A stretch of 64,000 bases of DNA from a virus. Its lineage: Duplodnaviria; Caudoviricetes. Shown here one piece after another: positions 9,757-18,413 of the stretch. A program made the translations under genes and the position numbers. Below the pieces are notes generated by a model. It was not told the origin of the DNA, did no database searches, and was given only the letters and a program-made list of their open reading frames with translations. The first letter of the stretch is position 1. Each line of letters begins with the position of its first letter. Location of the stretch: positions 1 to 64,000 of IMG/VR virus record IMGVR_UViG_3300032269_000703; one strand, 5' to 3'.

Positions 9757-10096
9757 ATTACCTGTCACAATTAAAGTGGGTACTCAAGACTGGACTATTG
9801 TAGAGCACACGTCTAAAGAAGACGGTATGTTGTACGAAGATAACTATGGGTACACCCTAGAGCGCCGTAATATGATTGTCATAGATAAAGATGCGTCAGA
9901 TAGTCGTAAAAAGCAAGTCCTAATACACGAGATCTTGCACGCCATCAGGTTTACTTTTTTTACAGGTAATAAAATGGCACCAAAGCTAAGTTTTGAAGAC
10001 ACAGAACACTATTTCATTGGTATGTACGAAGAGACATTACTGATGGTTTTACAAGACAATCCACCACTCGTAGAATACTTATTGGATAAAAAATGA
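9749..10096 (+). CDS. HExxH zinc metallopeptidase-like protein
   Basis: YGYT...IVID...VLIHEILHAI...EHY. Confidence 0.65.
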   Translation: MSKLPVTIKVGTQDWTIVEHTSKEDGMLYEDNYGYTLERRNMIVIDKDASDSRKKQVLIHEILHAIRFTFFTGNKMAPKLSFEDTEHYFIGMYEETLLMVLQDNPPLVEYLLDKK

Positions 10097-11592
10097 TCAT
10101 ATTTGGTGGTGTAGAAATACCCTCAAATCGTACCCTTCTAGAACGTTCTGGTGTTACAAACGTAATGCTGAATTATTGGGGGCTACGCAAGCGTGGGCTA
10201 CCTAAAAACAAGACCTATTTAATAGGCGAGCATTTCCTACCTGAAACAAAAGTATGGGTAGATTCTGGAGCTGTCCAAGCAGATAAAGCCAATCTTTCAC
10301 GTCAAGAACTAGAGCAATACGCAGCTGATTATGAAGAGTTTATTGCTAACAACTATGATCGTATTGAAGGATTTACAGAATTTGACAGCCAAGTTCTGGG
10401 ATTGCCTACAATCATTAAGAATAGAGCCGTTTACCAAGGCGATCCTAAACTATGGGTAGTATGGCACGAAACCTATAAAACCTTTGTTTTAGAAGAATGG
10501 GCAAAAGAGCATTCTAACATAGCCATTCCTGGTACCGAAATCGAGGCTGTAACGTCGCTAGCCGCCATTACAAGAAGATTACAGCAAATGTATCAGGTTT
10601 CATTCCACGCCCTTGCTACGGTCAAACCAGACAATTTACGGCAGATACCATTTGTCACAGCTAGCACACTATCCTGGTTAACTCCAATGAGAAGAGGCGA
10701 GACAATCGTTTGGGATGGTAGTAAACTAGTTAGATATCCTAAAAATATGAAGAGCCAAGCCAGAATACGATACAAAAACGTCGTAGAAAAGGCAGGTTTA
10801 GATTTTAAAAAGTTTGTAGAAGATGACACATTAGAAGCCACCAAAGTCGCAATTTGGTCGTATTTACAGTTAGAGAAAACAATGGACAAAGAAAAACCCG
10901 ATCTAAAAGTTATTAAAGGTGGACAACAAGACCCGCTACTATCTGATAACAGTGATGATACTCTATACACCGGTTTGATGCAAATGGGTGGGTATGGTTC
11001 TAATAACAGTGATGAAATAGATCTCAAAAAAGAGCGTACTGAAGTGGTACAAAGAGACCCTTCTGAGGTAGTTTCTATGCCTGTTTTTGGGTATGAGTAC
11101 AAGACTGTAATAGAGACTGAAAACGGCATAGATGTACTAAAAGATGTGCCAGTTGTTAAGTCAAATAGTAGCAGTTTAAGACAGTGCAACACCTGTTTTG
11201 TTGCTGCAAATTGCCCTGCATTTAAGCCCGATAACACCTGTGCATTTAACCTGCCAGTAGAGGTAAAAACCAAGGATCAACTGAAATCATTACTTACCGC
11301 AGTTATTGAAATGCAGGGTCAGAGAGTAGCATTTATGCGGTTTGCAGAGGAATTAAACGGTGGTTATGCAGATCCAAACGTGTCACAAGAAGTAGACCGT
11401 TTAATGAAGTTGGTTAAGTCTATGAAGGAACTTGACGAGAATAAAGAGTTTGTCAGGATTACTGCTGAACGCTCCTCTAGTGGGGGTGTATTGTCAGCTA
11501 TTTTTGGTGACCGCGCACAGGCACTTAGAGAGATGTCAAACCCTCTAAATCCAGATCAAACTAACAAGATTATACGGGATTCAATAGAATAA
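10093..11592 (+). CDS. TGT/DpdA-like TIM-barrel domain fused to a C-terminal Cys-cluster/helical domain
   Basis: VWVDSGA motif, VVWH, FHAL and TLSWL elements as in phage TGT-like proteins; C-terminal CNTCFVAANCPAFKPDNTC. Confidence 0.5.
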   Translation: MIIFGGVEIPSNRTLLERSGVTNVMLNYWGLRKRGLPKNKTYLIGEHFLPETKVWVDSGAVQADKANLSRQELEQYAADYEEFIANNYDRIEGFTEFDSQVLGLPTIIKNRAVYQGDPKLWVVWHETYKTFVLEEWAKEHSNIAIPGTEIEAVTSLAAITRRLQQMYQVSFHALATVKPDNLRQIPFVTASTLSWLTPMRRGETIVWDGSKLVRYPKNMKSQARIRYKNVVEKAGLDFKKFVEDDTLEATKVAIWSYLQLEKTMDKEKPDLKVIKGGQQDPLLSDNSDDTLYTGLMQMGGYGSNNSDEIDLKKERTEVVQRDPSEVVSMPVFGYEYKTVIETENGIDVLKDVPVVKSNSSSLRQCNTCFVAANCPAFKPDNTCAFNLPVEVKTKDQLKSLLTAVIEMQGQRVAFMRFAEELNGGYADPNVSQEVDRLMKLVKSMKELDENKEFVRITAERSSSGGVLSAIFGDRAQALREMSNPLNPDQTNKIIRDSIE

Positions 11593-11609
11593 CTGTTATC
11601 TGATAACAG
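11593..11609. promoter_or_regulatory. Perfect inverted repeat CTGTTATC-T-GATAACAG, operator-like, upstream of RNR
   Basis: 8-bp arms with a 1-nt centre in the intergenic region. Confidence 0.35.
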
Positions 11610-11765
11610 GGGTTTATATACCCTGAAACAAGGTCCGCACTATTTTTAAGTTAATACGTGCAAAAAAATAGTTTTATGCGCGATTGGACAAAGCGTAGTT
11701 TATAGGGTAAAATCGTATTCTGCCTAAATCGCAAATACCCCCTTTTACATTAATGGAGAGTCTAT

Positions 11766-13781
11766 ATGACTAATTTTTCTTTTAAATTATCCGAAGAGTT
11801 TGTAGCAAGCTATAACAGCAAGAAAGCACCTTTTGGCTACGCAGATGTTGCAGGAAACTCAGTAGGTGAAATTACCTTCCTACGTACCTATTCACGCAAG
11901 AAGCCAGATGGTACCAAGGAAACCTGGGTTGAAGTATGTGAACGTGTAATTAACGGTATGTACTCACTACAGAAAGATCACGCTAAGCAAAACCGCCTAC
12001 CTTGGTCAGATGCCAAGGCTGCTGCTAGTGCCAAGGAAGCGTTTGATCGTCTATTCAACCTAAAGTGGACACCACCAGGTCGCGGACTATGGGTTATGGG
12101 AACTTCACTAGTAAATGAACAGCGTAACTCTGCTGCGCTACAGAACTGTGCCTTTGTATCTACTAACGAAATGACTAAGGCTAACCCTGCCAAGCCGTTT
12201 GCATTCCTTATGGAAGCGTCAATGCTGGGTGTGGGTGTTGGTTTTGATGACAAGGGCGCTGATAAAGGATTTGAAATCTATGAGCCTAAATCAGATCTAG
12301 AATATATGATTCCAGATACTCGTGAAGGCTGGGCAGACAGCGCAGTTGCACTTATCAACTCTTATTTAAAGCCAGACCAGCCAAATTGGGTATTTGAATA
12401 CAAAGAAATTCGTCCATATGGAGCTGCGATTGCTACTTTTGGAGGAACAGCCTCTGGTCCAGAGCCACTAATTAAACTACACGATCAGATTAGGGTATTA
12501 TTTGCAGGTCGTGCTGGGCAGATGTTGACTCGTAAAGATATTGCTGATATCGGTAATATGATCGGTGTTTGTGTAGTATCAGGAAACGTTCGTCGTTCTG
12601 CAGAGCTACTAATTGGTCAGATTGACGATCAGGAGTTCCTAAACCTAAAGAACCCTGAACTAAACCCTGAGCGTATGGCTAACTGGGGTTGGATGTCTAA
12701 CAACTCAGTAGAAGTATCTGTGGGTACAGACTTCACTCCAATCGTAGATGGTATTGCACGTAATGGTGAGCCAGGTGTTATCTGGATGGACACATCACGT
12801 AAGTATGGTCGTTTGGCAGACAAGCCTAACAACAAGGACTGGCGTATTTCTGGGTACAACCCTTGTGCAGAACAAAGCCTAGAAAGTTTTGAGATGTGTA
12901 CTTTGGTTGAGACTTACCTAAACCGCCACGATAGCCTAGAAGATTATAAGCGCACTCTTAAGTTTGCTTATCTCTATGCTAAGACCGTGACCCTACTTCC
13001 TACTCACTGGGAAGAAACTAACGCTATTATGCAACGTAATCGCCGTATTGGTACTTCAATGTCTGGTGTAGCTAACTTTGCAGATAACAAGGGTCTACCT
13101 GTACTACGTCAATGGATGGATGAAGGCTACCAGGTTGTAACTGAGTATGACAAGACTTACTCTGAGTGGCTGGGTATTCGTGAATCTATCAAAATGACTA
13201 CAATCAAGCCATCAGGTACTGTGTCTCTTCTTGCAGGCGAGTCTGCTGGTGTGCACTGGGACGTTGCTGGTCGCTACCAAATGCGCTTGATTACATTTGC
13301 AGATAACGATCCAATGTTGCCACTATTCAAGATGGCTAACTATCGTGTAGAAGAAAGCGTATACACTAAGGGGTCATCAGTAGTGTACTTCCCTATCAAA
13401 TCTAACTCTGTTCGTTCTGCTAAAGACGTGTCTATTTATGAAAAGATCGCTCTAGCTGCAACAGCACAGCGTTACTGGTCAGACAACTCTGTATCAGTCA
13501 CAGTTTCTTTTGATGCTGAAAAAGAATCAGAAGATGTCGGTCGTGTATTGCATATGTACGATGGACAATTAAAGACCGTATCTTTCTTGCCTAGTGGCAA
13601 TAAGGTCTACGATCAAATGCCTTACCAGGAAATCACAGAAGACGAGTATAACGGGTACGCTATGCAACTCTTCCCGATTGACTTTAAGGGTGTCTATGCT
13701 GGTATGGCATCAGATGCTATTGGTGAGGCTTACTGCACCACAGACGCTTGCGAGATCAAACTCGTCAAGGACAACCAATAA
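11766..13781 (+). CDS. nrdJ: Class II (adenosylcobalamin-dependent, RTPR-type) ribonucleotide reductase
   Basis: RTYSR, PPGRGLW, LQNCAF, GNVRRSAE, NPCAEQ, TTIKPSGTVS and a C-terminal YCTTDAC redox pair. Confidence 0.95.
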   Translation: MTNFSFKLSEEFVASYNSKKAPFGYADVAGNSVGEITFLRTYSRKKPDGTKETWVEVCERVINGMYSLQKDHAKQNRLPWSDAKAAASAKEAFDRLFNLKWTPPGRGLWVMGTSLVNEQRNSAALQNCAFVSTNEMTKANPAKPFAFLMEASMLGVGVGFDDKGADKGFEIYEPKSDLEYMIPDTREGWADSAVALINSYLKPDQPNWVFEYKEIRPYGAAIATFGGTASGPEPLIKLHDQIRVLFAGRAGQMLTRKDIADIGNMIGVCVVSGNVRRSAELLIGQIDDQEFLNLKNPELNPERMANWGWMSNNSVEVSVGTDFTPIVDGIARNGEPGVIWMDTSRKYGRLADKPNNKDWRISGYNPCAEQSLESFEMCTLVETYLNRHDSLEDYKRTLKFAYLYAKTVTLLPTHWEETNAIMQRNRRIGTSMSGVANFADNKGLPVLRQWMDEGYQVVTEYDKTYSEWLGIRESIKMTTIKPSGTVSLLAGESAGVHWDVAGRYQMRLITFADNDPMLPLFKMANYRVEESVYTKGSSVVYFPIKSNSVRSAKDVSIYEKIALAATAQRYWSDNSVSVTVSFDAEKESEDVGRVLHMYDGQLKTVSFLPSGNKVYDQMPYQEITEDEYNGYAMQLFPIDFKGVYAGMASDAIGEAYCTTDACEIKLVKDNQ

Positions 13782-13795
13782 AATAAGGAGAACAT

Positions 13796-13954
13796 ATGTT
13801 CGGAAAACTAAAGAAACTAATTGCTGATCTAGAAGTTGTGTACAACTTGATTCAATCACACGCTGCTGAACTAGAGCAGTTGAAGGCTGATGTTGAAGCT
13901 TTGAAGCCAAAGAAGAAGGTCACCAAGCCAGTTGTAAAGAAGACTACCAAGTAA
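13796..13954 (+). CDS. Small coiled-coil protein with basic tail (52 aa)
   Basis: AAGGAG RBS; MFGKLKKLIADLEVVYNLIQSHAAELEQLKADVEALKPKKKVTKPVVKKTTK. Confidence 0.6.
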   Translation: MFGKLKKLIADLEVVYNLIQSHAAELEQLKADVEALKPKKKVTKPVVKKTTK

Positions 13955-13963
13955 CCTAAATAG

Positions 13964-13999
13964 AAAAAGCCCCTGGTTTTTGCCAGGGGCTTTCTCTTT
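13964..13999. terminator. Bidirectional intrinsic terminator between convergent gene blocks
   Basis: AAAAAGCCCCTGG-TTTTTG-CCAGGGGCTTTCTCTTT. Confidence 0.85.
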
Positions 14000-14005
14000 A
14001 TCTTG

Positions 14006-14548
14006 CTATATTGTAGGGATAACCCTTATAAACCTTATTTGACCAGATGAGTAATCTGTCAAAGGTTGGATTATCGTAGATTGTGCTCCACGATGCGCGT
14101 TGATTATCTTGCCATTACCAATATAAATAGCAGAATGGTAGAAGCTGGTAGATCCTTTATAAGCAAATACTACAATGTCTCCTAGTTTAGGTGTGTGAAC
14201 ACGCTTACCTATGTGACCTTGCTTGTTTGCGGAGTGTGGTAATTCCATACCAAATTTTTGGTATGTCCAGCGGACTAATCCTGAGCAATCCCATCCACGA
14301 GGACTTGCTCCAGAAAACACATAAGTAGTTCTTCCTACCCTGGTTTTCAAATAGTTTATTACTTTTTTCATTTGAGCAGTATTACGCTGTAGTTTTGCAA
14401 ATCTTATTAAATCTGCTTTTACATCATTTGTTGATACTACTTGTTCTTTTGCTACAGCATTAGGAATACCAAAAGCTGTTGCAGTTGAAGCAGAACATCC
14501 AGCAAGACTTAGAATTATGCCGGCTATTACTATCTTCTTGTTCATCAT
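14006..14548 (-). CDS. NlpC/P60 (C40) cell-wall peptidase with signal peptide
   Basis: YVFSGASPRGWDCSGLVRW, GDIVVF, HSAIYIGNGKIINAH; N-terminal signal with LAGC lipobox-like motif; GGAGG RBS. Confidence 0.9.
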   Translation of the reverse strand: MMNKKIVIAGIILSLAGCSASTATAFGIPNAVAKEQVVSTNDVKADLIRFAKLQRNTAQMKKVINYLKTRVGRTTYVFSGASPRGWDCSGLVRWTYQKFGMELPHSANKQGHIGKRVHTPKLGDIVVFAYKGSTSFYHSAIYIGNGKIINAHRGAQSTIIQPLTDYSSGQIRFIRVIPTI

Positions 14549-14637
14549 AGAACCTCCTATCCAAGACTACTTACACAGAAAGGGTATCTGCACAGCCAGC
14601 CTTTAATTTGTCAATGGTGTGGTTTTTTGATGCTCTT

Positions 14638-14868
14638 CTAGTTTAAACGATCTTTGCGCCTAGGGTTCTTTTTAACTAGAACTAATCCATAACGGCGTAG
14701 ATCACTCTGTATGTTGGCAAAAGCACGCTTATCTGATGGTGTAGCTGACGTAATGACCATCTTGCCATTAGGTGAGAGCCACTTGTAATGCCCCCCATTA
14801 GACTTTTCTACACGCCATCCCTGATCTTCTGCTACTTTGATCAGTTCTTGTATTTCTTTTGATTTCAT
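14638..14868 (-). CDS. HicA-like (dsRBD fold) protein, no adjacent HicB
   Basis: LIKVAEDQGWRVEKSNGGHYKWLSPNGKMVITSATPSD. Confidence 0.7.
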   Translation of the reverse strand: MKSKEIQELIKVAEDQGWRVEKSNGGHYKWLSPNGKMVITSATPSDKRAFANIQSDLRRYGLVLVKKNPRRKDRLN

Positions 14869-14869
14869 T

Positions 14870-15004
14870 TTAGTTTTCCTTGTTATTGTCGTTGCATTTA
14901 CTACATAAGTAAATAGTAGTTGCTGTTCCTAATAATTCAAAATCGTATTCTAGGACATCATCACCTACTGCTTCACATACATCACAGGGTTCATTCACGG
15001 GCAT
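14870..15004 (-). CDS. Small zinc-ribbon protein (44 aa)
   Basis: MPVNEPCDVCEAVG...YLCSKCND. Confidence 0.45.
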   Translation of the reverse strand: MPVNEPCDVCEAVGDDVLEYDFELLGTATTIYLCSKCNDNNKEN

Positions 15005-15170
15005 AACCCACCTCGTTTAACCATTCATCTAACTTATTTATCGCATTTTCTAAATCCTTAGTTGAACCATAATCATCAAGCCCATTAGGGTTATTCTTTA
15101 AATCAATCAAATTGTCTATTAAAATGCTCATTACTAACGTTGCTTCTTCTTCTGTAAGTACTGCGTGCAT
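14991..15170 (-). CDS. Small hypothetical protein (59 aa)
   Basis: MHAVLTEEEATLVMSILIDNL...; TAATG-coupled, GGAAGGA RBS. Confidence 0.5.
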   Translation of the reverse strand: MHAVLTEEEATLVMSILIDNLIDLKNNPNGLDDYGSTKDLENAINKLDEWLNEVGYARE

Positions 15171-15559
15171 TAGTTCCTTCCAAATCCAAGATCGTCAAAG
15201 CAATCTTCACATAAATAAGTTGATTCTATGTTGTTCCACCCATAACTAATGTGGTTAACAACTTGTCCTAAGCCACATTTCTCGCAAGGATCGTAGTCTT
15301 CATCCATAGGATCTAATGGACTTTCACTAATAATTTTAATAGCTAATACTTGGTTAAAATCAATACCATCATCGTAAAGTGGTTCATCCCAAATATCATT
15401 ATCTTCATCTTCTTCAATAGTGTCTATTGCCAGTAATGTTAACTTATGAGCGTCCTGTGGTAAAGACATACCTGGTTTTGCAATTACAGATATAAAAACA
15501 GAGTCATCCAATTCTGCCAATACTACTTCAACTTCATACTTTGTTAGGTTTAGTTCCAT
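15170..15559 (-). CDS. Acidic protein with C-terminal zinc ribbon
   Basis: CEKC...LCEDC; AAGGAG RBS. Confidence 0.55.
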   Translation of the reverse strand: MELNLTKYEVEVVLAELDDSVFISVIAKPGMSLPQDAHKLTLLAIDTIEEDEDNDIWDEPLYDDGIDFNQVLAIKIISESPLDPMDEDYDPCEKCGLGQVVNHISYGWNNIESTYLCEDCFDDLGFGRN

Positions 15560-15714
15560 TAGTTGTCTCCTTCAAATTCAACGTTGTAGAATGTTCCTTC
15601 TTCTTTACAAGCGCTACAGATGTATACCATAGTGCCGTCAATACCATTTGCTCCGTAGTCTGCATCCATTTCAAAGCAGTTGTCGCATAGGTAAATATCT
15701 TTTGGTGTTATCAT
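15559..15714 (-). CDS. Small zinc-ribbon protein (51 aa)
   Basis: MITPKDIYLCDNC...YICSACKE; coupled. Confidence 0.5.
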   Translation of the reverse strand: MITPKDIYLCDNCFEMDADYGANGIDGTMVYICSACKEEGTFYNVEFEGDN

Positions 15715-15869
15715 TAGTTATCCTTATCCTTTGGCATAGACCAAACTTTCTTTATTTCATTTAGCCTGCCCCTAAGAACGGCTAAAGCTGTTTCTTGTGC
15801 GCCTTCTGCATAACCGATGTCCTGTTTAAGATCAGCGATTACTAACTCATACGCTTTTGTTAGTTCCAT
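15714..15869 (-). CDS. Small hypothetical protein (51 aa)
   Basis: MELTKAYELVIADLKQDIG...; coupled. Confidence 0.5.
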   Translation of the reverse strand: MELTKAYELVIADLKQDIGYAEGAQETALAVLRGRLNEIKKVWSMPKDKDN

Positions 15870-16363
15870 TAGTTATTTTCCTTATTTTCGATTACCCATA
15901 AGTATTCATAGGTAGGTGGTTGTGAGCCTGTATCTTCTGCCCATTGAAACTGACTATACCATTCATAGTATTTTGATAGTAATGCTGTCCGGTGTGTCGT
16001 AGCAACTTCTTCAACAATACAAGGTGGATAGACAAGTTTATTCGAGACCCTGCCTTTCATTACTGCTGTTGTAAAAGTAGTGCGAGCTTTGTCGTCAATA
16101 GTCGTGTTGTAGCCCCTGGAACGCCATTCATCACACATAGCAATAATGTAATGAAGTAGTGCTGTTTCATAGCCACGCCACATCTTTACCGCAGGATGGT
16201 TTGCCCAGCCTTTAGGAATGCGATCATTGCCCAAAGGATCTAGTTCGGTAAGCGTCATAAGGATCTGCCACCCTTCTAACGCTTGTTTGTTTAGGCGCTT
16301 GTTGTCTAGCGTTTTAGCGATCTCACTAAAGTTAGTTGTCGCTATTGGTATAAATGTCTGCAT
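15869..16363 (-). CDS. Pyrimidine-dimer DNA glycosylase / MSMEG_6728 family
   Basis: MQTFIP...LDNKRLNKQALEGWQIL...WANHPAVKMWRGYE...HRTALLSK...YLW. Confidence 0.8.
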   Translation of the reverse strand: MQTFIPIATTNFSEIAKTLDNKRLNKQALEGWQILMTLTELDPLGNDRIPKGWANHPAVKMWRGYETALLHYIIAMCDEWRSRGYNTTIDDKARTTFTTAVMKGRVSNKLVYPPCIVEEVATTHRTALLSKYYEWYSQFQWAEDTGSQPPTYEYLWVIENKENN

Positions 16364-16500
16364 TAGTTTTCCACTATCCAAGAGTCTATCTCAATAAACT
16401 CAACATCAGGAGAGTTTGATTCTAATTTGAACATTGCTTCATCTTCATTTGAAGCTTCAACAACAAACTTTTCTCCAACTAGAATTGTGTATTTTGGCAT
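16363..16500 (-). CDS. Small acidic protein (45 aa)
   Basis: MPKYTILVGEKFVVEASNEDEA...; coupled. Confidence 0.5.
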   Translation of the reverse strand: MPKYTILVGEKFVVEASNEDEAMFKLESNSPDVEFIEIDSWIVEN

Positions 16501-16736
16501 CAGTTATCCCCATTCTCGTCAATAAAGTCGATCAAAGCGTTCCTAGTGCTGTGTGTAAAATCATCTGCAATAGCGTTGTGTGATGACTGCTCGTAATACT
16601 CAACAAAGTCGTTCCAAGTTTCATAGGTAAAATCTTCTTGGTCGCCCAAATCATTAGCGCTTACTATCTGCCAAATCAATTGCTCACCATCAGCATAATT
16701 ATCTTCAATAAACTCGATTAGTTCTTGCTTGGTCAT
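16500..16736 (-). CDS. Small acidic hypothetical protein
   Basis: 78 aa, coupled. Confidence 0.55.
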   Translation of the reverse strand: MTKQELIEFIEDNYADGEQLIWQIVSANDLGDQEDFTYETWNDFVEYYEQSSHNAIADDFTHSTRNALIDFIDENGDN

Positions 16737-16951
16737 TAGTTATCTTCCTTTGTGGTATCCTTTGTGGTCTTGCTTGTGGTCTTGCTTGCTATTTCTGCTA
16801 AGACTTCGTGTAGTGCTTTTGCTACTGCCATTTCGTCTTTTACTACTGCTTCGTTGAACTTTTCTGTGATCATAATAAAGATCTCGCCACGCTCAATGGC
16901 TTTGCCCATTTCGCTTGACTTGTCTATTAGATTTTCTATTTCTTTCTGCAT
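16736..16951 (-). CDS. Hypothetical protein
   Basis: 71 aa, coupled. Confidence 0.5.
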   Translation of the reverse strand: MQKEIENLIDKSSEMGKAIERGEIFIMITEKFNEAVVKDEMAVAKALHEVLAEIASKTTSKTTKDTTKEDN

Positions 16952-16952
16952 T

Positions 16953-17150
16953 TTATTTCTTTCTCTTTATTGGTTTGGCTTCTGCTTGTGCTTCGGCTTC
17001 TGGTCTTGCTTCTGGTATTGCTTCTGCTTTGGCTTCTGCTTTGGCTTCTGCTTTACACTCACATTCACAAATCGCTATGGTTTGTCCTGTGTTGATTTTT
17101 ATCCTACACCCTTCGTGGTGTCTTGTGATACACCAGCCACATTTCAACAT
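16953..17150 (-). CDS. Small Cys/His protein with AEAK-repeat tail
   Basis: CGWC...HHEGC...CECEC; AAGGA RBS. Confidence 0.5.
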   Translation of the reverse strand: MLKCGWCITRHHEGCRIKINTGQTIAICECECKAEAKAEAKAEAIPEARPEAEAQAEAKPIKRKK

Positions 17151-17172
17151 AAGTGTTATCCTTTTGTTATCT

Positions 17173-17316
17173 TTCTGGTATTGCTTTGGCTTTTGGTCTT
17201 GCTTCTGGTATTGCTTCTGGTTTGGCTTCTGGTATTGCTTTGGCTTTTGGTCTTGCTTCTGGTATTGCTTCTGGTTTGGCTTCTGGTATTGCTTTGGCTT
17301 TTGGTCTTGCTTCTGG
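17173..17316. repeat. 54-bp tandem repeat, about 2.7 copies
   Basis: Unit TTCTGGTATTGCTTTGGCTTTTGGTCTTGCTTCTGGTATTGCTTCTGGTTTGGC starts at 17173, 17227 and 17281. Confidence 0.9.
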
Positions 17317-17409
17317 CTTTGCTTTGCTTTTTTATCTTCGCTTTGGCTTTGGCTTTTGTTTCCTCGCTAAAAATCATTTCTTTTTCCTCGCTAAAACTGA
17401 TGGCTTTTG

Positions 17410-17664
17410 CTATGGCTTTGCTTTAGCTTTGTCCTGGCTTTGCGCTTCTAGGATCTGTATTGCTTTGCTGATGTCTTGTAGAGCGCTAGTGATTACGGCT
17501 TTGCTGGCAGCGTCAATACTAACTTCAACGGGTTTGCCGTCATCTCCTTTGGCTATGCCTGTCTTTAGTAGTAGCAACTTGCCTAGTGCTGTTTTTAGCA
17601 TTTGGCGTGTCTGCTCACTTTGGATCTGTTTGTTCTGCTTCTGTGTGCCGGTGGATCTGCTCAT
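17410..17664 (-). CDS. Hypothetical protein
   Basis: 84-aa ORF. Confidence 0.45.
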   Translation of the reverse strand: MSRSTGTQKQNKQIQSEQTRQMLKTALGKLLLLKTGIAKGDDGKPVEVSIDAASKAVITSALQDISKAIQILEAQSQDKAKAKP

Positions 17665-17752
17665 TTATGTTCCCGATTATTTTTGCCGATAATAATTATT
17701 ATGTAAAGTTGATTTCAAGTAAAAAAAATAATTAGATCTGGGGGTAGCCGGT

Positions 17753-18103
17753 TTAGGCTACTCCCTGATCTAACTGCTGCCTGGTTTCTTGATCTAGCTC
17801 TTGTGCGATCCTGGCATACTTAGCAACGCTTAGTAAATACTCTGCCAATTCTCGATCATTATTTACTAACTGGATTAGATCCAAAATAGGTCTGCTTCTG
17901 CGCTGGTTTCGCCTAACATACACTCTTACTGGCAGATCTGGGTCTGTTCCACGCTTCTTTCTTTGAGCAACTAGAACTCTTGCCTTTACGCACTCCCGAC
18001 ATCTGCTCGTTCCACCTATAAAATACCTAGAATTAGGCAAGGTTAGATCGTGTCCCCTTTTACATTCTTTCAAGCGTGGCTTATTCATTAGTGGCAACTC
18101 CAT
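17753..18103 (-). CDS. Zinc-finger protein (CKRGH...CREC module seen beside phage HNH domains)
   Basis: ECKRGHDLT...SRCREC; the true start may be 18088 (MNKP). Confidence 0.55.
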   Translation of the reverse strand: MELPLMNKPRLKECKRGHDLTLPNSRYFIGGTSRCRECVKARVLVAQRKKRGTDPDLPVRVYVRRNQRRSRPILDLIQLVNNDRELAEYLLSVAKYARIAQELDQETRQQLDQGVA

Positions 18104-18413
18104 CTCGAAGCAAGGTGAGAATGGCTAGATAACGCTCATTATCGGTATCTCGCAACTTGATTATTGCTTCTGCCATTCGCCGAGCTGTCCTGACCTTGTG
18201 GATCGTTCTCTTGGTTTCTGGGTTGGTTTTCTTGCCTAGCCAAACTCTTACATCTTTGGTTTTATAGACATACCTGCTGCCTATTTTTACTGGATCACTA
18301 GGCGTTGAGATTTTGAGCCAGGAATAGATCGTTGGCAAGGTCTTATCTGCCATTATTGCGATCTGCTTAGGCGTGAGTAGTTGCTCGTCTGTGAAGTTCG
18401 GTTTAGTTTCCAT
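18081..18413 (-). CDS. MerR/excisionase-like HTH DNA-binding protein
   Basis: LLTPKQIAIMADKTLPTIYSWL...PVKIGSRYVYKTKDVRVWL. Confidence 0.7.
   Translation of the reverse strand: METKPNFTDEQLLTPKQIAIMADKTLPTIYSWLKISTPSDPVKIGSRYVYKTKDVRVWLGKKTNPETKRTIHKVRTARRMAEAIIKLRDTDNERYLAILTLLRDGVATNE

Noticed and set aside
10593-11273. 226-aa minus-strand ORF and similar antisense ORFs over nrdJ, portal and scaffold
   Set aside because: They lie fully inside well-supported + strand genes and show no motifs.
11593-11765. NrdR boxes or cobalamin riboswitch upstream of nrdJ
   Set aside because: No recognisable NrdR-box pair or B12-box; only an unexplained palindrome.
14549-14637. c-di-AMP (ydaO) riboswitch upstream of NlpC/P60
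   Set aside because: The intergenic region is too short and lacks the conserved motifs.
17173-17316. Possible CRISPR array
   Set aside because: The units are contiguous tandem copies with no unique spacers.
16752-17692. Long hydrophobic + strand ORFs (16752, 16915, 17153)
   Set aside because: They are artefacts of the A-poor repeat tract, antisense to the real minus-strand genes, with no RBS.
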